A stretch of DNA of 64,000 bases from Acholeplasmataceae bacterium. Its GTDB lineage: Bacteria; Bacillota_I; Bacilli_A; Acholeplasmatales; Acholeplasmataceae. The notes beneath the pieces are model-generated. The model was given only the letters and a program-made list of their open reading frames with translations. It was not told where the DNA came from and made no database searches. The stretch is taken from contig OY763415.1 of NCBI GenBank assembly GCA_963667565.1, forward strand, positions 1,280,001 through 1,344,000. The letters run 5' to 3'. Below are positions 19,289 to 31,487 of the stretch, piece by piece. The position numbers were made by a program, and so were the translations under genes. The first letter of the stretch is position 1, and each line of letters begins with the position of its first letter.

Positions 19289-20599
19289 TTATTCCTCTGT
19301 AGTTGTTTCTATTTTTTGAATACCTATAACTGATAAACCATTTTGGACATATGTATTTTGCATAAAATAGTCCCAAACAGTGTTGTCAAAATAATTGGCA
19401 ATCATGAGCATTGTAATACCTTTATCAATACCAATGACATCGCCTGCAATCCATGGTGTTGTTTCTTCAAAATTATATGCATCTTTATAACCATAAGTGC
19501 CTTTTAATCCACCTACTGCATCAAAAAATTGAACAGATGCTTTGACATAATCAGGAACAAAGACGACACTTCCAAGTGCACCAGCAGGTGCAATCGTTCC
19601 ATCGTTACGGTGTGCATCATCAGTTGTGCCACTTGGTACTGATCCATAATATCCACTATATCCATTTGGACCATCACTTGCTGTCATACCCCATGATGTT
19701 GAAGTGAAAGTTTGATAATATTGATGCATGTCAATCGCATACTGTCTATTAGCAATTGATGCATTAACACTGTTTTCAAACCAATTAACACCTGTGGCAT
19801 CTTCAGTATCTCTAAAATCGATAAATGCATGTGAGAATTGATAAGTAAATAAGCTTCCGAACCAACTACTAATAAATGGTTCCCCTTTATAGCTTGAAAC
19901 TCTTCTAGTAAATGAACTATATTCTTGTAATCCAGTACGGTATGCTTCATTTGGCGCACCAGCACCTAAAACATATAAAATAAGTTGTTCTCCATACCAG
20001 TTCCAAGCACCTGCAAAACCACTTTCAGGTCTATAGCCCATATAGAATTGATGCGTTGATTGATTTAAATACCATTGCCAATCAACTTGTGCATAAAGTG
20101 TTTCAGCTTTTGTTTTTACATCTCCACCAAAATATTCACCTGCAACAATAGCGCCGGCAAATAAAAATGCAGAGTCAATAATTGAAACTTCTGAAGTTCC
20201 AGATCTTTCACCTGTTTCTTTATTTAAGAAGTGATAGAAAAATCCATGATAATTAACCATATTAAGGAACGTATCTAATGTTTTACTTGCTCTTTCATAC
20301 CCTTGATCGAAAGTAATAAATTCATAATCGACACCAATAGGTAATCCAGCAAGCCCAAATCCAACACTTGCAATACTTGCTAATGTTGAATTTGATGGGT
20401 AGCGGTCATTGATTAAACCATATCCGCCACTTTCTTCATCTGTATTTGCTTGTTCATAGAAAAAGTTAAAACTGTTTTCCATTTCTGCCAGTAAAAGTAA
20501 TTCTGCATCATCATAAACTCTTGGTGGATCAACTTCTTCTTTATTGCAACCCACTAGAATTAAAGATATAAGCATAAATAATATCACTAATTTTTTCAT
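19289..20599 (-). CDS. GH144 beta-1,2-glucanase (glucoamylase/DUF3131-like), lipoprotein
   Basis: Lipobox LVGC after MKKLVILF (start 20599); SIASVGFGL, GFFYHF, EVSIIDSA, LFTYQFSHAFIDF, WGMTASDGP, GIDKG. Confidence 0.85.
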   Translation of the reverse strand: MKKLVILFMLISLILVGCNKEEVDPPRVYDDAELLLLAEMENSFNFFYEQANTDEESGGYGLINDRYPSNSTLASIASVGFGLAGLPIGVDYEFITFDQGYERASKTLDTFLNMVNYHGFFYHFLNKETGERSGTSEVSIIDSAFLFAGAIVAGEYFGGDVKTKAETLYAQVDWQWYLNQSTHQFYMGYRPESGFAGAWNWYGEQLILYVLGAGAPNEAYRTGLQEYSSFTRRVSSYKGEPFISSWFGSLFTYQFSHAFIDFRDTEDATGVNWFENSVNASIANRQYAIDMHQYYQTFTSTSWGMTASDGPNGYSGYYGSVPSGTTDDAHRNDGTIAPAGALGSVVFVPDYVKASVQFFDAVGGLKGTYGYKDAYNFEETTPWIAGDVIGIDKGITMLMIANYFDNTVWDYFMQNTYVQNGLSVIGIQKIETTTEE

Positions 20600-20600
20600 C

Positions 20601-22481
20601 TTATTCTCCCGTAATACCTGATCTATCAACACTTTCGACAAACCATTTTTGTAAACCAAAGTATAACAATAACAATGGTAATATACTAATTAATGTTCCT
20701 GCCATATAAATGGCTTCATTAAGTCTATCAACATATCCTTCACCATTTGGATCCACATCACCAAACTGTTCTCTAAACGATGCAGCAAATCTCGATAACT
20801 GAATTGGAAGGGTTCTAGCGCCATCAATATATAAACTAGTTAAATATGTTTCATTCCAATACCATACGAAACTAAACAAGAAAACAACAACAACTGCAGG
20901 AATAGCTAGCGGTAAACTCACTTTAAAGAATACGCGCATAGGTCCAGCACCATCAACTCTTGCAGCTTCATCTAATACTTTTGGAATCGTTGAGAAAAAC
21001 TGATAGAAAATCATAATAAATATCGTACTCTTAATCCCTTGACCAAAGAGTGCAGGATAAATAAATGCGCCAATATTTCCTAAAATACCTAAATCTCTAT
21101 ACATCAAATATGTCGGTATCATTAATACAGGTGCAGGAACGATAAATGTCATTAAAATTAATACGATAACTAATTTTTTAAGTGGGAATTCAAATCTTGC
21201 AAGACCATACCCAATCAGAGCTGTTGATATCACTTGAGCAACTGCAGGAAAAAAGGCAATTTTAATACTTTCAATCAGTGCATTTCCAAATCCAATAGTG
21301 ATATATGCTTTGACAAAGTTATCAAAATAGAGTGTTGATGGAATAAGTCCAACTGTTGAATCAATAATATCTTCTGGCGATTGTAATGATGTAAGTGCTA
21401 AATAAATAAATGGATATAAGAACGTAAATCCTACCGAGATGATTAAGATATAAATAAACGTTCTAAAAATAATACCATCAGTTCCTTTTCGACCTACTAC
21501 TTTTCTTCTAATCTTTTGTGCTTTCGGATATTTTGCAAATATATTTGTCTTTTCTTTATATCTTGTCATATCGAAATAGTAATTATTACGATCAAGGACG
21601 ATTTTACCTTGATGTTTTCTTACTGCGAAGAATAAATATAAAATAAGGACTAGTAGTGCAATCACGATAAAATATATCCATACAAGTGCTGCTGAGAATC
21701 CAAATCCAGATCCCTCACCACCAGCCTGGAACATATATTCTTTAATTAAAACAATAATTGGATTATTAGAAAAACCAGCCAACATGACAAGTGTATAAAT
21801 CATGTTAATTAAAATAATAGGCTTTAAGAATGGTAGTGTGACTTTCCAAAATTGCTCCCAAGGACTTGCTCCATCAATCTCTGATGCTTCATAAACTTCC
21901 TTATTCATCTTTTGAAGCATAACCAAATTAACGATAATTTGTACACCACTAAACCAAAACATATAAATTAAGTTATTAAACACATTTAAAATAATCGAAC
22001 CAAATCCATCACCAAAGATAGATGTGAAGATTTGAATGACTTGATAGTTACTAATACCTGGTAAGATAATCGCATCATTATTAAGCAATTCTGTAATGAC
22101 TGGACCTGATACAATTACTACTGGTAAAAAGAATACAGTTCTAAAGAAACCTTTAGCTTTAATGTTCATATTTAAGATCATCGCGAAAATGAGTGCGAAC
22201 ACATTAATAATGACTGTCATGAGCATCGCATCTTTAATAAAAGACCATAATTCCAATATCATGATTCTATCTACAGCAAAGGCATATTGATAATTTGAGA
22301 ATCCAACAAAGGTAAGTTCAATACCTGATGATGGAATCATAACAATATTAAGAGATAAGAAAAATGAATAGATAATTGGATAAAAAGTGAAGATTAAAAA
22401 TCCAATGATCCAAGATGAAATAAACATGAGTCCAAGTAACGCTTCTCTTCCTTTATAACTTACTCTAAATTTCTTTTTCAT
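20601..22481 (-). CDS. fused carbohydrate ABC permease (MalF-like plus MalG-like)
   Basis: Two EAA loops (YEASEIDGASPWEQFWKVTLP; DEAARVDGAG..RVFFKVSLP) in one 626-aa ORF. Confidence 0.9.
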   Translation of the reverse strand: MKKKFRVSYKGREALLGLMFISSWIIGFLIFTFYPIIYSFFLSLNIVMIPSSGIELTFVGFSNYQYAFAVDRIMILELWSFIKDAMLMTVIINVFALIFAMILNMNIKAKGFFRTVFFLPVVIVSGPVITELLNNDAIILPGISNYQVIQIFTSIFGDGFGSIILNVFNNLIYMFWFSGVQIIVNLVMLQKMNKEVYEASEIDGASPWEQFWKVTLPFLKPIILINMIYTLVMLAGFSNNPIIVLIKEYMFQAGGEGSGFGFSAALVWIYFIVIALLVLILYLFFAVRKHQGKIVLDRNNYYFDMTRYKEKTNIFAKYPKAQKIRRKVVGRKGTDGIIFRTFIYILIISVGFTFLYPFIYLALTSLQSPEDIIDSTVGLIPSTLYFDNFVKAYITIGFGNALIESIKIAFFPAVAQVISTALIGYGLARFEFPLKKLVIVLILMTFIVPAPVLMIPTYLMYRDLGILGNIGAFIYPALFGQGIKSTIFIMIFYQFFSTIPKVLDEAARVDGAGPMRVFFKVSLPLAIPAVVVVFLFSFVWYWNETYLTSLYIDGARTLPIQLSRFAASFREQFGDVDPNGEGYVDRLNEAIYMAGTLISILPLLLLYFGLQKWFVESVDRSGITGE

Positions 22482-24652
22482 ACGTGTGTCACCTCGATTG
22501 CTTGAGCACTCATAGGATCCACATTGATAAAGCTATTTGAATACATGTGATCTGTGTAGTTAACAAAAACACTATATCCATTTGCATAATCAACTCTAAC
22601 GACACCTACTTCTAATATTTCTCTATTAACGATTTGTTCACCAATGACATGTTCTAAAGCACTAAATGCTTTTTCATATGTATCTGTCATGTAGTAATCA
22701 AGATTTCCATAGTATGTCGCATATAAATCACTATTCATCGTATTTGTTAATAAATGAGATGGTTCTTTCGTAATCAAAAATGCAGGTTCAATACCATATT
22801 CAATCATTTTTAAAACATCAATGTGAATGTTAGATGAGAAATTTAAAAATTGTGAATATACTTCCATTGTTCCACTAAGTAGAATTTGTTCAAATGGAAC
22901 ACTATCTGTAAAGAATCTTGAGCGATTATGATAAAGCGAACTCATATAAAAACTAGATGCATTATCTAAATTATAGAAATCAGGACGATACATCGATAAT
23001 CTAGTGGTAAATAGATCATCATATTTTTGATATAAATCATTTCTTTGATAATTTTCGTTTGAATTTAGTTCATTTGATAAACCGTCTAATGCCATACCTC
23101 CGTAGGTTGATAATTTATTATAGGCATCATCAAAATGATCAAAAATGACATCCGGATCAGTAAAATAAGCATAATAATCGCCTCGACTATATCCAATTTG
23201 ATATTGAACTTTATTGATCATTTTTAGTGTAGTTGATGGAATTTTAGCTGAATAGCTAAATGTAATTGTTGGATCATAATAAAATTCAACATTTAAATCC
23301 TTAAGTTTCGAAACACTACCTAAACCCGAGTCAAATGTGTAGTTATCAAAGCTTCGATCTGAATAACTTCCATTATTATAACCTCTTAATGTATATTGAA
23401 TGTTTTCTACACCTTTAGAAGTTAAATCATTGTTGATGTTTAGTAAATCATCAACACTTGTCATCACATAATTATTTTTAAATAATAATCCTTGCTCATA
23501 ATCTTGCATAAGCACATCAACATGCATACCTAACGTTTGTGGTTTATATGCAGTATCTAATATATTTTCATTTAATAATTCTTGTTTGAATTGATTTGCA
23601 AAACCGATATAATTTGCATCATTTCCATCAAGAATTGTGTATTGTATTTTTGGACTATAATTCTTAATTTCAGCATCATATATCGTTACATTTTCTGTTC
23701 CTGATAGTGGTTGGATATAGTTTTCTCTCATTAAGAAAACAACATTTTGTGAATGAAATTCTGTTTGATATGTTGGTGGTGTATAAACATATTCAGCATA
23801 TTCAGCACCATTTAAAATTCTTGTGAATAGCGCATTTTGATTTACACCTTCAACAACACCAAACACAGGATAATTAAGCGCAGTTTCTTCTCTTAATATT
23901 TGTCTATACTTATCTTGTGAATAAAATCTAGCACGATAAACGTTATTAATTGATGATGATGCACTAAAGCGCACTAAAGCTCCATTACCAGATGGAATAA
24001 AGTAGTAACCAGGAACATCATCACTATATACAGTTCCAAAAAACTCATATAGATAGAGTTTAGTTAATCGATTGTCTCCATATTCATTAATTGAATCTCT
24101 TAATATTTCAAAAGTAATATCTTTACCATCAATAGAAATGGTGAAATCCAATGAAATCATTTCAACAATGAAATCAATATGAGCAATCACTTGATCGCCA
24201 ACAATATCATAAGATGTTACAGCATTTTCATTACTTCTACGTTTGAGTATAGATGATGTAATGGTTATGTTTGTATCATTTAAATAATCAATCGTAAGTG
24301 CTGATTGAATACGTCTTATCCAAGCGCCAGTCAATTCATAATCACTTAGATTAGCTAGATCGCTAGCCCAATAAAATCCACTGGTCTTATTATAGATACG
24401 TAGTGCTAAACCAACTGGATTAAGAAAGACTTGCATGTCATCGTTTTCTAAGACTAAATCAAATCCTGTCATATCAAGAGCTGCTTGATTATATACCTCA
24501 TAATCTTCTTTGTGTGTAAAAAGATTCGATTCAAGAAGTGTTTGTGTTGTACCTTCTAAAAAAGTATATGGATCATCAGTAGCTGCGAGCGCACCTTGTG
24601 AAAACATGAATGCTAATAATGCAGTCATTAACATTAAATAGAACTTTTTCAT
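22478..24652 (-). CDS. DUF5696-like exported protein
   Basis: Signal peptide (ALAA); GFYWAS, GYYFIPSGNGAL, PVFG, VPFEQILLSG, LKMIEYG..P.F, V.Y.NG..V.VNY; conserved position in this operon type. Confidence 0.72.
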   Translation of the reverse strand: MKKFYLMLMTALLAFMFSQGALAATDDPYTFLEGTTQTLLESNLFTHKEDYEVYNQAALDMTGFDLVLENDDMQVFLNPVGLALRIYNKTSGFYWASDLANLSDYELTGAWIRRIQSALTIDYLNDTNITITSSILKRRSNENAVTSYDIVGDQVIAHIDFIVEMISLDFTISIDGKDITFEILRDSINEYGDNRLTKLYLYEFFGTVYSDDVPGYYFIPSGNGALVRFSASSSINNVYRARFYSQDKYRQILREETALNYPVFGVVEGVNQNALFTRILNGAEYAEYVYTPPTYQTEFHSQNVVFLMRENYIQPLSGTENVTIYDAEIKNYSPKIQYTILDGNDANYIGFANQFKQELLNENILDTAYKPQTLGMHVDVLMQDYEQGLLFKNNYVMTSVDDLLNINNDLTSKGVENIQYTLRGYNNGSYSDRSFDNYTFDSGLGSVSKLKDLNVEFYYDPTITFSYSAKIPSTTLKMINKVQYQIGYSRGDYYAYFTDPDVIFDHFDDAYNKLSTYGGMALDGLSNELNSNENYQRNDLYQKYDDLFTTRLSMYRPDFYNLDNASSFYMSSLYHNRSRFFTDSVPFEQILLSGTMEVYSQFLNFSSNIHIDVLKMIEYGIEPAFLITKEPSHLLTNTMNSDLYATYYGNLDYYMTDTYEKAFSALEHVIGEQIVNREILEVGVVRVDYANGYSVFVNYTDHMYSNSFINVDPMSAQAIEVTHV

Positions 24653-26685
24653 TTGGCAATCAACTCCTTAATAATACCGATGATAAAATCGAGTAATTGT
24701 TGAGATAAAATACTGATAATTAAATATAAGATAATGATAATAATCATCACAAATAATGTTAACAATAAATTACCAATGAGCTCAGAGAACTTAAAGTTAT
24801 TCAAATCTTTTAAGATGATTAACAATAAAATAACTGACCATGAAATCATAATCATATATCCAAAATTAATGATAAATGCTTCGTTATAAGTCATAAAATT
24901 ACTTAAAATGTCTAAAGGAATCTTAAACACAAAGAAAGGAATGAATGCAACAATCGTTCCAATAAAAATATCGCGATAGAATGCTTCACCGTTTTGTAAT
25001 GTAGATATTAAGTAATTTGCAAGACCAAATAATAATAAAGGTACTGACCATTTTAAGACTTCATATGTAAAGACCATATCTTTGATATCGGCTCTAAATA
25101 AGAATCCTTTGATATAGTAGTTACTAAGAATGTTGATAAGAATAAATGCTATATAGAGTCCTATGGCAGTCCTTACCCTTATTTTTTGTTTAAATTTTAT
25201 GTCATAAACTGTGTCAATTGGATGCTTAAATAAATTGAGTATGAGTTTTAATTCTTGAATCAGTTTATAATTTCCTAATTTTTGATTAAATGTTTGTTTT
25301 CTTTCAATATAACCATCATATGCTTTTGTTTTAGAAAACACTTTATATGCAACTGCAACCGATGCAATTGTAATAAAAATCCATAATAAATTAGTTGATA
25401 TCCAAGCATCTCTAACTTCCCAATATGCTGTTGAATAACCCTCTTTATTATTTGCAATACGGTATGAAGATAATGCTTGTTCAAAATCTTCATTACGTTC
25501 ATAGTATTTTCCAAGTCTAGAATGTGCTAAGGCAAATAAACTGTTTTGTCTAATGATTTCTTGGAAATAAACAGCACTTTCATCATATTTACCAATACGA
25601 TAAAGTTCAATACCAGTAAGTACTGATGATGCAAATTCAGTTTTTGAAAACACTTGAACATTATTTCCATTACCATCAAGTACCCAAATATCACCATAAT
25701 GGTCAACAGCGATACCTGTCACACCGGCAAATTCACCAATACGCATACTGTTAATTTCTTGACTACCAAATTTAAATAATAAGTTACCAAAACTATCATG
25801 AACACCAATAACACCTCTTGTTTCGGTGCCTTGACTTACTGTATAAATGTTACCAAATTCATCAACTGTGATATCTTCATAGTTAGGATCAATCACTGAA
25901 ATACCATCAAGGATGTTATTCCCTTCAATATTTAACTTTTTAAGAGGAGTTGAATACTCATTTTTAATGACAGTATATACAATCCCTTGTTTGTCAATTG
26001 AAATGTTAGTGGTTGATTTTGGTGTAAGTGATGCAAATTGTTCTTTTTGTTCTGCACTCATTAATGCTCTTCTGATTAAGAGTTGAATCGTAATGTCTAC
26101 TTTATTAATACCAAAAAAACCTAAAAAAGCACCTGATGAATCAAGTTGGATAATACCATTAATTCCTGCTTCACTAACAACATAAACATTGCCTCTTAAA
26201 TCCACTGCAACTTTTCTTGGCTCATAAATGGAGGCATCGCCAAATAATGGCTCTGTAGGTCTGCCTATTTGTTGAATGAGCTCATGCGCTTGATTAAAGA
26301 CTAGGACCATATTTGAAGTCGCATCTGCTACGTATATAATCCCTTCATCTGTGACAAATAATCCTGTTGGTTCTTGTAATAAACTATGTGTAATTTCATC
26401 AGATTCAGTTGTTTCTATGTTATATATATAAATTCTTGAATTTCCAGTATCTGCAACATAAACCAAATCATCTTTAATAAAAATGTCTTCAGGATTTTGA
26501 AATCCCTTATTTAATACAAAAGTACCTTCATATGCGTTTGCTGTTCTAACAAACTCACCATCGCTACCCATAGTATATGTTGAATATGGTACGTTTGATA
26601 TGTCAGTAAGTCCATAAACATTTAGATTCACAGTTAATAAGACCGTGACAATCAACACCATGATGATACGTTTTAACCATTTCAT
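24649..26685 (-). CDS. NHL-repeat beta-propeller / TPR / Yip1-like membrane domain fusion protein
   Basis: NHL repeats (PEDIF..YVADTGNSRI; PTGLFV..IYVAD; P.KVAVD..GNVYV); TPR-like helices; one TM, then HP....YDIK and about 5 TM (Yip1-like). Confidence 0.8.
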   Translation of the reverse strand: MKWLKRIIMVLIVTVLLTVNLNVYGLTDISNVPYSTYTMGSDGEFVRTANAYEGTFVLNKGFQNPEDIFIKDDLVYVADTGNSRIYIYNIETTESDEITHSLLQEPTGLFVTDEGIIYVADATSNMVLVFNQAHELIQQIGRPTEPLFGDASIYEPRKVAVDLRGNVYVVSEAGINGIIQLDSSGAFLGFFGINKVDITIQLLIRRALMSAEQKEQFASLTPKSTTNISIDKQGIVYTVIKNEYSTPLKKLNIEGNNILDGISVIDPNYEDITVDEFGNIYTVSQGTETRGVIGVHDSFGNLLFKFGSQEINSMRIGEFAGVTGIAVDHYGDIWVLDGNGNNVQVFSKTEFASSVLTGIELYRIGKYDESAVYFQEIIRQNSLFALAHSRLGKYYERNEDFEQALSSYRIANNKEGYSTAYWEVRDAWISTNLLWIFITIASVAVAYKVFSKTKAYDGYIERKQTFNQKLGNYKLIQELKLILNLFKHPIDTVYDIKFKQKIRVRTAIGLYIAFILINILSNYYIKGFLFRADIKDMVFTYEVLKWSVPLLLFGLANYLISTLQNGEAFYRDIFIGTIVAFIPFFVFKIPLDILSNFMTYNEAFIINFGYMIMISWSVILLLIILKDLNNFKFSELIGNLLLTLFVMIIIIILYLIISILSQQLLDFIIGIIKELIAK

Positions 26686-26696
26686 ATCATCACCTC

Positions 26697-27557
26697 TTAT
26701 TTCATACCAGAGTGACTCATTGTATTCATCACTCGGCTTTGCATTAATATAAACACGATCAAGTTAGGTAAGAACATGATTAAAGTCGCAGCAGCACCTA
26801 TACCAGCTGCAGCAACACTGTTTGATGCATTTGTTAATGTCGACATATAAAAAGCAAATGTTTGTTTTATCTCATCATTAACAAATAAAGTAGATGTTTC
26901 AACATTATTCCATGTTGCTTGGAAGCTTAAAATTGCAACGGTTGCAATCGCAGGCATCGCAAGTGGAACAATGATTTTAATATAAATGTAGAAATCACCA
27001 GCGCCATCCATTTTAGCTGCGTCAATGAGTTCATCTGGAATTTGATCAATAAATTGCTTCACTAAAAATAGTCCAACAGGTATTGCAATCATGGGTAGAA
27101 CATGTGCTGCCATCGTATCGATAATACCTATTTTTGTAATGACTAAAAATCTAGGAATCGTAACAGCAATTGGAACGAACATAAGCGCTAACTTATTGAT
27201 TTCAAATAGTGCTTTTTTACCTCTAAATTTTTTCTTAGATAAAATATAGCCTGCCATTGAACTAAATAAAACACTTAAGAACACAACTGAAAATGTCACT
27301 ATAAGTGAATTAACTATAAACTTCATAACAGGAAGTCCATAACCGACAAATACGAATAAATCCTTAAAGTTTTTGATTGTTGGTCTTTGAACAAAAAATC
27401 TTGGAGGAAACGCAAATAATTCATCAATAGGTTTAAATGCAGTTGAAAAAATGTATACAATTGGGAGTGCCATAAAAATCGCGAATGGCAACAAGATTGC
27501 ATAGAATTTCACTTGTGATTTATGAAATTTTCGTGGATTAAAATTAATACCTAACAT
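26697..27557 (-). CDS. carbohydrate ABC permease (MalG-like)
   Basis: [31 protein letters not shown] loop. Confidence 0.92.
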   Translation of the reverse strand: MLGINFNPRKFHKSQVKFYAILLPFAIFMALPIVYIFSTAFKPIDELFAFPPRFFVQRPTIKNFKDLFVFVGYGLPVMKFIVNSLIVTFSVVFLSVLFSSMAGYILSKKKFRGKKALFEINKLALMFVPIAVTIPRFLVITKIGIIDTMAAHVLPMIAIPVGLFLVKQFIDQIPDELIDAAKMDGAGDFYIYIKIIVPLAMPAIATVAILSFQATWNNVETSTLFVNDEIKQTFAFYMSTLTNASNSVAAAGIGAAATLIMFLPNLIVFILMQSRVMNTMSHSGMK

Positions 27558-27568
27558 GTCGCCCCTCC

Positions 27569-28540
27569 TCAATCATCATCTCGTAAAATTCTTTGGAAGA
27601 ATTTAGAGAAAGCTAGTATTAGTAATAAAAGTAAGACTGATAATGCGGCTGCTACACCCATTTCAGAACGAAGAATACCATAATCTTCAATATGGTTTAT
27701 AATCATTTGTCCAGAGTTTTGAGGTGTTGGGTTTGCACCAGATAATGCAACACCAATTGCACCTGCTGAAAAAGTCCCAACAATGCTCATCACAGCAGAG
27801 AATAACATTTGTTTTTTAATCGCTGGAATGGTGATATAAAAAATTTCTTGAAATCTATTTCTAAGTCCATCAATATATGCAGCTTCATATAATTCTTTGT
27901 TAACATTAAGTAGTCCAGCTAAGATTGCTAAAAATCCGACACCCATTGAACTCCAAAGTGTAACTAAAATCATAATTGGCATTAGATAATCAGGGTTTTG
28001 TAAAAACTGCATGGGTTCATTAAGTAAACTTAATCTTAACAAGAATGAGTTAATGATCCCTTGTTCATCACCAGAGAAGATAATCTTCCAAACAACTGCT
28101 ATAGCTACACCTGCAGTCATCGATGGTGAATAAATGATAAGCGCTAAAACTGTTCTCATCTTAGGCGTGATTTGTGATAATGCCCATGCTAATAAGAAGC
28201 TAAGTGCATATCCGCCTGGCCCTACGATGAAACTAAATAATAACGTATTAGGAAGAACAGTCTTCATAAACACGTCATCTTCAGTCAATATGTAAATATA
28301 GTTATCAATTCCGTTGAATTTAGGAAATTCAATCCCATTAAAATATGTAAAACTTAATAGGAATGCAATCACAACTGGAATGACAATAAACACTACAAAC
28401 ATCAGCACATACGGTGCTAAAAAAATGTATGTTGTACGATTACCTTTCTCCATGAAATTGATAATTTTAGTCCAAATCGAGTCTAAAAATTTCATCACAT
28501 GTTTTAAAGCTGTAGAGAGTTTAAGTTGCAAAGTTTTCAT
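27569..28540 (-). CDS. carbohydrate ABC permease (MalF-like)
   Basis: [21 protein letters not shown]. Confidence 0.92.
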   Translation of the reverse strand: MKTLQLKLSTALKHVMKFLDSIWTKIINFMEKGNRTTYIFLAPYVLMFVVFIVIPVVIAFLLSFTYFNGIEFPKFNGIDNYIYILTEDDVFMKTVLPNTLLFSFIVGPGGYALSFLLAWALSQITPKMRTVLALIIYSPSMTAGVAIAVVWKIIFSGDEQGIINSFLLRLSLLNEPMQFLQNPDYLMPIMILVTLWSSMGVGFLAILAGLLNVNKELYEAAYIDGLRNRFQEIFYITIPAIKKQMLFSAVMSIVGTFSAGAIGVALSGANPTPQNSGQMIINHIEDYGILRSEMGVAAALSVLLLLLILAFSKFFQRILRDDD

Positions 28541-31467
28541 GAATCTTCACCCTCCATCCATGCGATAACGTCTTCTCTTGTTGTAATAATATAAGGTTTA
28601 ATGATGTTGCCATCTTTATCAATATATCCAAATTCTTGATATTTACGTTCAAGTTCTCGTTTAATGAGCAAGACTGCATCATCAACGGCACTCCTCACAT
28701 CAACCCCATCAAAGACGACCGAGTTCCATACATTAGACAATTCACGTTCTAATTTGTATCCACCTGGTACTTTTGGTACTTCATGTAAATAACTCCATTG
28801 TTCAAGAATCACATCAATATGTTCTTGAGGGATAGGTAGTGTCTTAAACGCTTCTAAATTAGCTGAATTCCATAAGAATCCATCACCATATGTTACTAAA
28901 AGATTATAGATAAATTGTGTTTGAGTTTCTGTACTCATCCACCATTCTAATAACTTCCATGCTTCTTCTTTATGTTGGCTTTTTTCAAATATGATACTTG
29001 ATTGAGCAGCTCCAGTATTGTCTCTATTGATCACACCTGGAGAAATCTCATGACCGGGAGCAAGTGCAATATCCCATTGATTAGATATTTCAGGCGCTGC
29101 AAAGGTCAATTGAACATAGGTATTGAAACTACTAAGACCAATAGGAATTGATGCTTCTCTAAATGCATTATAGAAGTTTGGTGTTTGTAACGCTAAACTA
29201 TAAACGGTATACAAATCGACCATCGTATTAATACCTTCCATAGCTTTTTCTGAATCAATATTGACATCAAATCCATCTTGAGAATACATGGTTTCACCAA
29301 ATTGATAAATAAATGGTGACGTTGCTGAAAAAGGTTTTAATGCACTATCGCCAGATAAAGGAAGATAATAATTCATACCATAACGTTGCAATGTAGGTAG
29401 AATACCTTCTATCTCTTCATAGGTATTAGGAACATCAAGGTTTAAAGCATCCATAATATCCTTACGATAATAAGTCACTTGGAAATCTTGTGTTTCTGGT
29501 AAACCATAAACTTTTTGATCATGAATCATATTTAAAAATGATCCCGGAGCAAAATTCTTGATCACTTCATTAAATGTATCAAATTGTCGCATATCAGTTG
29601 CTGCACCACGTAAACCTAATTCATAAGGTAACCAAGCACTAACACCTAGTGCCATATCTGGTTGTGTGTCTGCAGCATTTGCTAAAATTAATTTTTGTTC
29701 ATTAGGCATGACTGAATACTTAACTTTAATCCCTGTATCATGAGTAAAAGTCGCATCTGTCATTTGTTGCATCATTGAAATGTAATATCTTGAGCGATTA
29801 ACCCAAATTTCAATATCATAATCATCAGTTGCTTTAAAGTTGCTTGCAGCTTGATAGATTTGCATACTTGCAATCCATTCACTTCCAAAGAAAACAGATG
29901 GTTTTGGAACACTTACATCTTCAGAATGGATATATAATTTATCCAATCTTAATGGTTGATCTATAAGTTCAGTGTTTACTATACTTAAAATTTGTGAAAG
30001 TGAATTCGTTCCCGTTGATAACATGTAAGTTTGATGAGGTATTTCATTAATATCTGATTTTAAGACAAACAGTTTTTGTAATCCTAATTCCAATTGCTTA
30101 GCGATTTCTGTTGATTTTTTATCATTTGTCGCAAGCATTTGAATATGTGTATAAATTTGATCTAAATCATTATACCAAGTATCAAACAATTGTTGTGTTT
30201 CAGGAATGAAAGATGCAATATCCCATTCTCTATTTTGATCAGTTTCGCCACCAGTAAGTTTTTTTAATTGAATACTATACGCTGTAATCTCTTCAATGAT
30301 TTGTTGAATACGTTCATAATCATTTTTATAACTACTTGCATCAGCTTCTAATGTAATACTGTTGATGCCAGTTTCAAAATAAAATCTAAAGTTGCCTTCA
30401 TCATTATGTAATGTTTCATTTTCCCATGCACTAGTATACGAAAAATCATATCCACTCATATCACTAAATGGTATGTCATGATTGATATATATATTTCTAA
30501 ATACATCTCTATTATCGTAATATGCATTTTTATATTTTAAGGTTATGTTGTAATAACCAGATTGTTCAACGTTAAAATAATACGTTAATTGATTACCCAC
30601 TTCATTAAATGAATCACCAATGACATTTAAATAATTTAATTCACTATTAAATGGTGAAACAGAAGGTGACTTAACCATTTCTGGAATAACAGAAATATTA
30701 TTTTTAAATGTATATTCTTCTGCTTCTAAAGTAATGAGTTCATTTTGTGCAGGTGTGCTTTGCGTTAAATCAAGGTAATTTTGATAGTCCATATAACGCT
30801 TAGCTTCATAAATCTTTAAATCACCAAGATAAAAAACACCTTGTTCTCTTGTTAAGGTGATTGTGTTCTCCCCTTGATTAAGTGAAATAAGTAATGGATA
30901 TTGATCCATAAATAATTGATCTCTTAATAGGGTTTCATTCCAAATAGTATAAGGTACATTTTGATCATATACTTGATTGTTATATGTGTCAAAAGAAAGT
31001 TCATTGCCTTCTCTTGCCCATTGTGTCAATAATCTAATGTTTTTATATGCGTCTTGTGTGACATCATTAACCGCTAATGTGATTTCATCAGGTTTAACCG
31101 AATCATCGTTTGATAGTACATCAAATGATACATAATAATCCCCAGCTACATCAACATTAAAGGTAAAATCAATTTGATCTTGTACATCTTCTGTCCAATT
31201 TAAGACTTTAGATCCATAGTCAAAATTATCTTCAGTTAACGAAATACCACTTGCACTATCTACTAATTCTTCCATTCCAAATCGATAGTCATATGTCACT
31301 AAATTCGATTCTTGAATAAAAGGATATGGGGGGTAAGCTGTGTTACCCCCCATACTATCTACATTTACATTAATAAACTTCGATAATATGAATAGTAGAG
31401 CAAAAACACCTATAATTGAACCGAATATAATTAATACAGTTTTTTTAAGTATGTTGTTTGCTGCCAT
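28537..31467 (-). CDS. large membrane-anchored solute-binding protein with N-terminal CBM6/35-like beta-sandwich domains
   Basis: N-terminal TM anchor; two beta-sandwich modules (LEAE, F.V...G.Y, L..GEN.ITL); C-terminal family-1 SBP ([21 protein letters not shown]). Confidence 0.8.
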   Translation of the reverse strand: MAANNILKKTVLIIFGSIIGVFALLFILSKFINVNVDSMGGNTAYPPYPFIQESNLVTYDYRFGMEELVDSASGISLTEDNFDYGSKVLNWTEDVQDQIDFTFNVDVAGDYYVSFDVLSNDDSVKPDEITLAVNDVTQDAYKNIRLLTQWAREGNELSFDTYNNQVYDQNVPYTIWNETLLRDQLFMDQYPLLISLNQGENTITLTREQGVFYLGDLKIYEAKRYMDYQNYLDLTQSTPAQNELITLEAEEYTFKNNISVIPEMVKSPSVSPFNSELNYLNVIGDSFNEVGNQLTYYFNVEQSGYYNITLKYKNAYYDNRDVFRNIYINHDIPFSDMSGYDFSYTSAWENETLHNDEGNFRFYFETGINSITLEADASSYKNDYERIQQIIEEITAYSIQLKKLTGGETDQNREWDIASFIPETQQLFDTWYNDLDQIYTHIQMLATNDKKSTEIAKQLELGLQKLFVLKSDINEIPHQTYMLSTGTNSLSQILSIVNTELIDQPLRLDKLYIHSEDVSVPKPSVFFGSEWIASMQIYQAASNFKATDDYDIEIWVNRSRYYISMMQQMTDATFTHDTGIKVKYSVMPNEQKLILANAADTQPDMALGVSAWLPYELGLRGAATDMRQFDTFNEVIKNFAPGSFLNMIHDQKVYGLPETQDFQVTYYRKDIMDALNLDVPNTYEEIEGILPTLQRYGMNYYLPLSGDSALKPFSATSPFIYQFGETMYSQDGFDVNIDSEKAMEGINTMVDLYTVYSLALQTPNFYNAFREASIPIGLSSFNTYVQLTFAAPEISNQWDIALAPGHEISPGVINRDNTGAAQSSIIFEKSQHKEEAWKLLEWWMSTETQTQFIYNLLVTYGDGFLWNSANLEAFKTLPIPQEHIDVILEQWSYLHEVPKVPGGYKLERELSNVWNSVVFDGVDVRSAVDDAVLLIKRELERKYQEFGYIDKDGNIIKPYIITTREDVIAWMEGEDS

Positions 31468-31487
31468 ATCCATCCTCCAGAGAAATT

